64,000 nt of DNA from Lepidodermella squamata. Its lineage: Eukaryota > Animalia > Gastrotricha. A program made the translations under genes and the position numbers. Under the pieces are notes generated by a model, which made no database searches, was not told the origin of the DNA, and saw only the letters and a program-made list of their open reading frames with translations. Location of the stretch: contig JBLDXI010000002.1 in NCBI GenBank assembly GCA_047495785.1, positions 2,356,001-2,420,000 of the forward strand, given 5' to 3'. Positions within the stretch are counted from its first letter, which is position 1. Each line of letters starts with the position of its first letter. Shown here piece by piece: positions 62,992 to 64,000 of this stretch.

Positions 62992-64000
62992 TCAACCTTC
63001 GCTCCTGTACCTATACGATTCGCACACGGCCAAGTCCGCGCCAGCATCACATCTCACATCATCCAAGTAGTAGCCCTGTGGGAAGGTCTTGAAAGCCGGG
63101 AAGAACCTGTAAACCGCACAATCATCGACATTTTGCGGCTCGTCAGTGCTATCAGTGCCACCCCATTGTCTCGCAGTTGAAAGAGGCTCGAAATTGGTAC
63201 CGTCAATCCACTTCATAGTACCAATTGCAATCGGTACTCGACGCACTCCAATCATGCTTTTAATAGTGCTGTTGGGACGCTGAATAACACTCCTCAACGA
63301 AGTTTGGTCCGCTGGGGATTTAACAGTTGCTAGCTGGCCAAAATTTTGCAAGCAGATTCGCTGAGCCTCTTGAAAATACAATATTTGCTCATTCGGATCA
63401 ACGACGAAGTATCTCTTAGCAGCCTTGACGCAACTCAGTCTATCCGGGAAGTAAATATCGACCGGCACTTGAGTTTCGCTATCCCAACACTCTGAAACAG
63501 AAGAAAAATAATATATTGTTTTCCTAAAAATTCCAATCTCACCCAAAGCTCGGCAAGACACTCTCCCATTCGGTCCGATGCAACGAACGTATCCAGTCTG
63601 TGGAACAATTAAATTTTAGTTATTAATGTAGGTTGAGCCCAAAATACCTGAGGATAAAGATAATTCTCACATATGACGCCAGTAATTCCCTGACTGCAAT
63701 CTTGAAGTTCCAGGTAAAGGTCAGTTAGCGTTTGGTAAAGAGTGGTTTTTCGCAGTTTCGCGCACCATGCCTTTTCATTTCCATCATAATCATAATCGGC
63801 ATTCATTATTGCTGCATATAAAACAACGTTATTAATTAACATTAAGAAATAATTATGCTGAGAAACCTGGAAAAGGTGTCGAACTCAACGACTCGTCAAT
63901 AGCCTTCAAGGGTGAACCATCGACCCATGTAGCTCCACCCAAAGGTTTAGGGTCAATGCCCATCCAAAGCTTTGTATCAACGGGGAAACTTTTGCCTTCG
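62992..64000 (-). CDS. 3' end of paralogous multi-C-type-lectin gene
   Basis: Last CTLD (QLATVK, WIDG, RQWGGTDSTDEPQN) closely resembles 54242-54720; previous CTLD partly visible. Confidence 0.8.

Overview
Eukaryotic window, apparently an invertebrate animal (species not identifiable). It has AT-rich intergenic DNA and compact genes with ~50-60 nt introns, so the ORF track fragments most genes; I rebuilt the gene models by hand from splice sites. Contents: (1) A cluster of 14 small secreted Cys-rich genes (5.6-21.1 kb and 52.3-53.8 kb). Each has a three-finger/Ly6-uPAR-like core, a variable linker and a C-x10-C tail, with no GPI signal. Six form three head-to-head A/B pairs; A members carry GPGPM repeats, and A and B share a Met-rich, (S/T)TPAP-ending tail. 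(2) A fast-turnover family of RING (LPCC-type) genes and pseudogenes with interchangeable N-terminal modules. (3) Small GC-rich Myb/SANT-like genes whose sequence stays codon-constrained past the TAA stop. (4) An intact Ty1/copia LTR retrotransposon (40055-46293) with a MULE-type MITE in its 3' LTR, several other MITEs, two LINE fragments and a Penelope-like hammerhead palindrome. (5) A multi-exon mosaic gene (60609-54242, minus): signal peptide, catalytically dead astacin, EGF, CUB, kringle, unrecognised Cys repeats and five C-type lectin domains, with the 3' end of a paralog at the window end. All homology calls come from motif recognition, not database searches.
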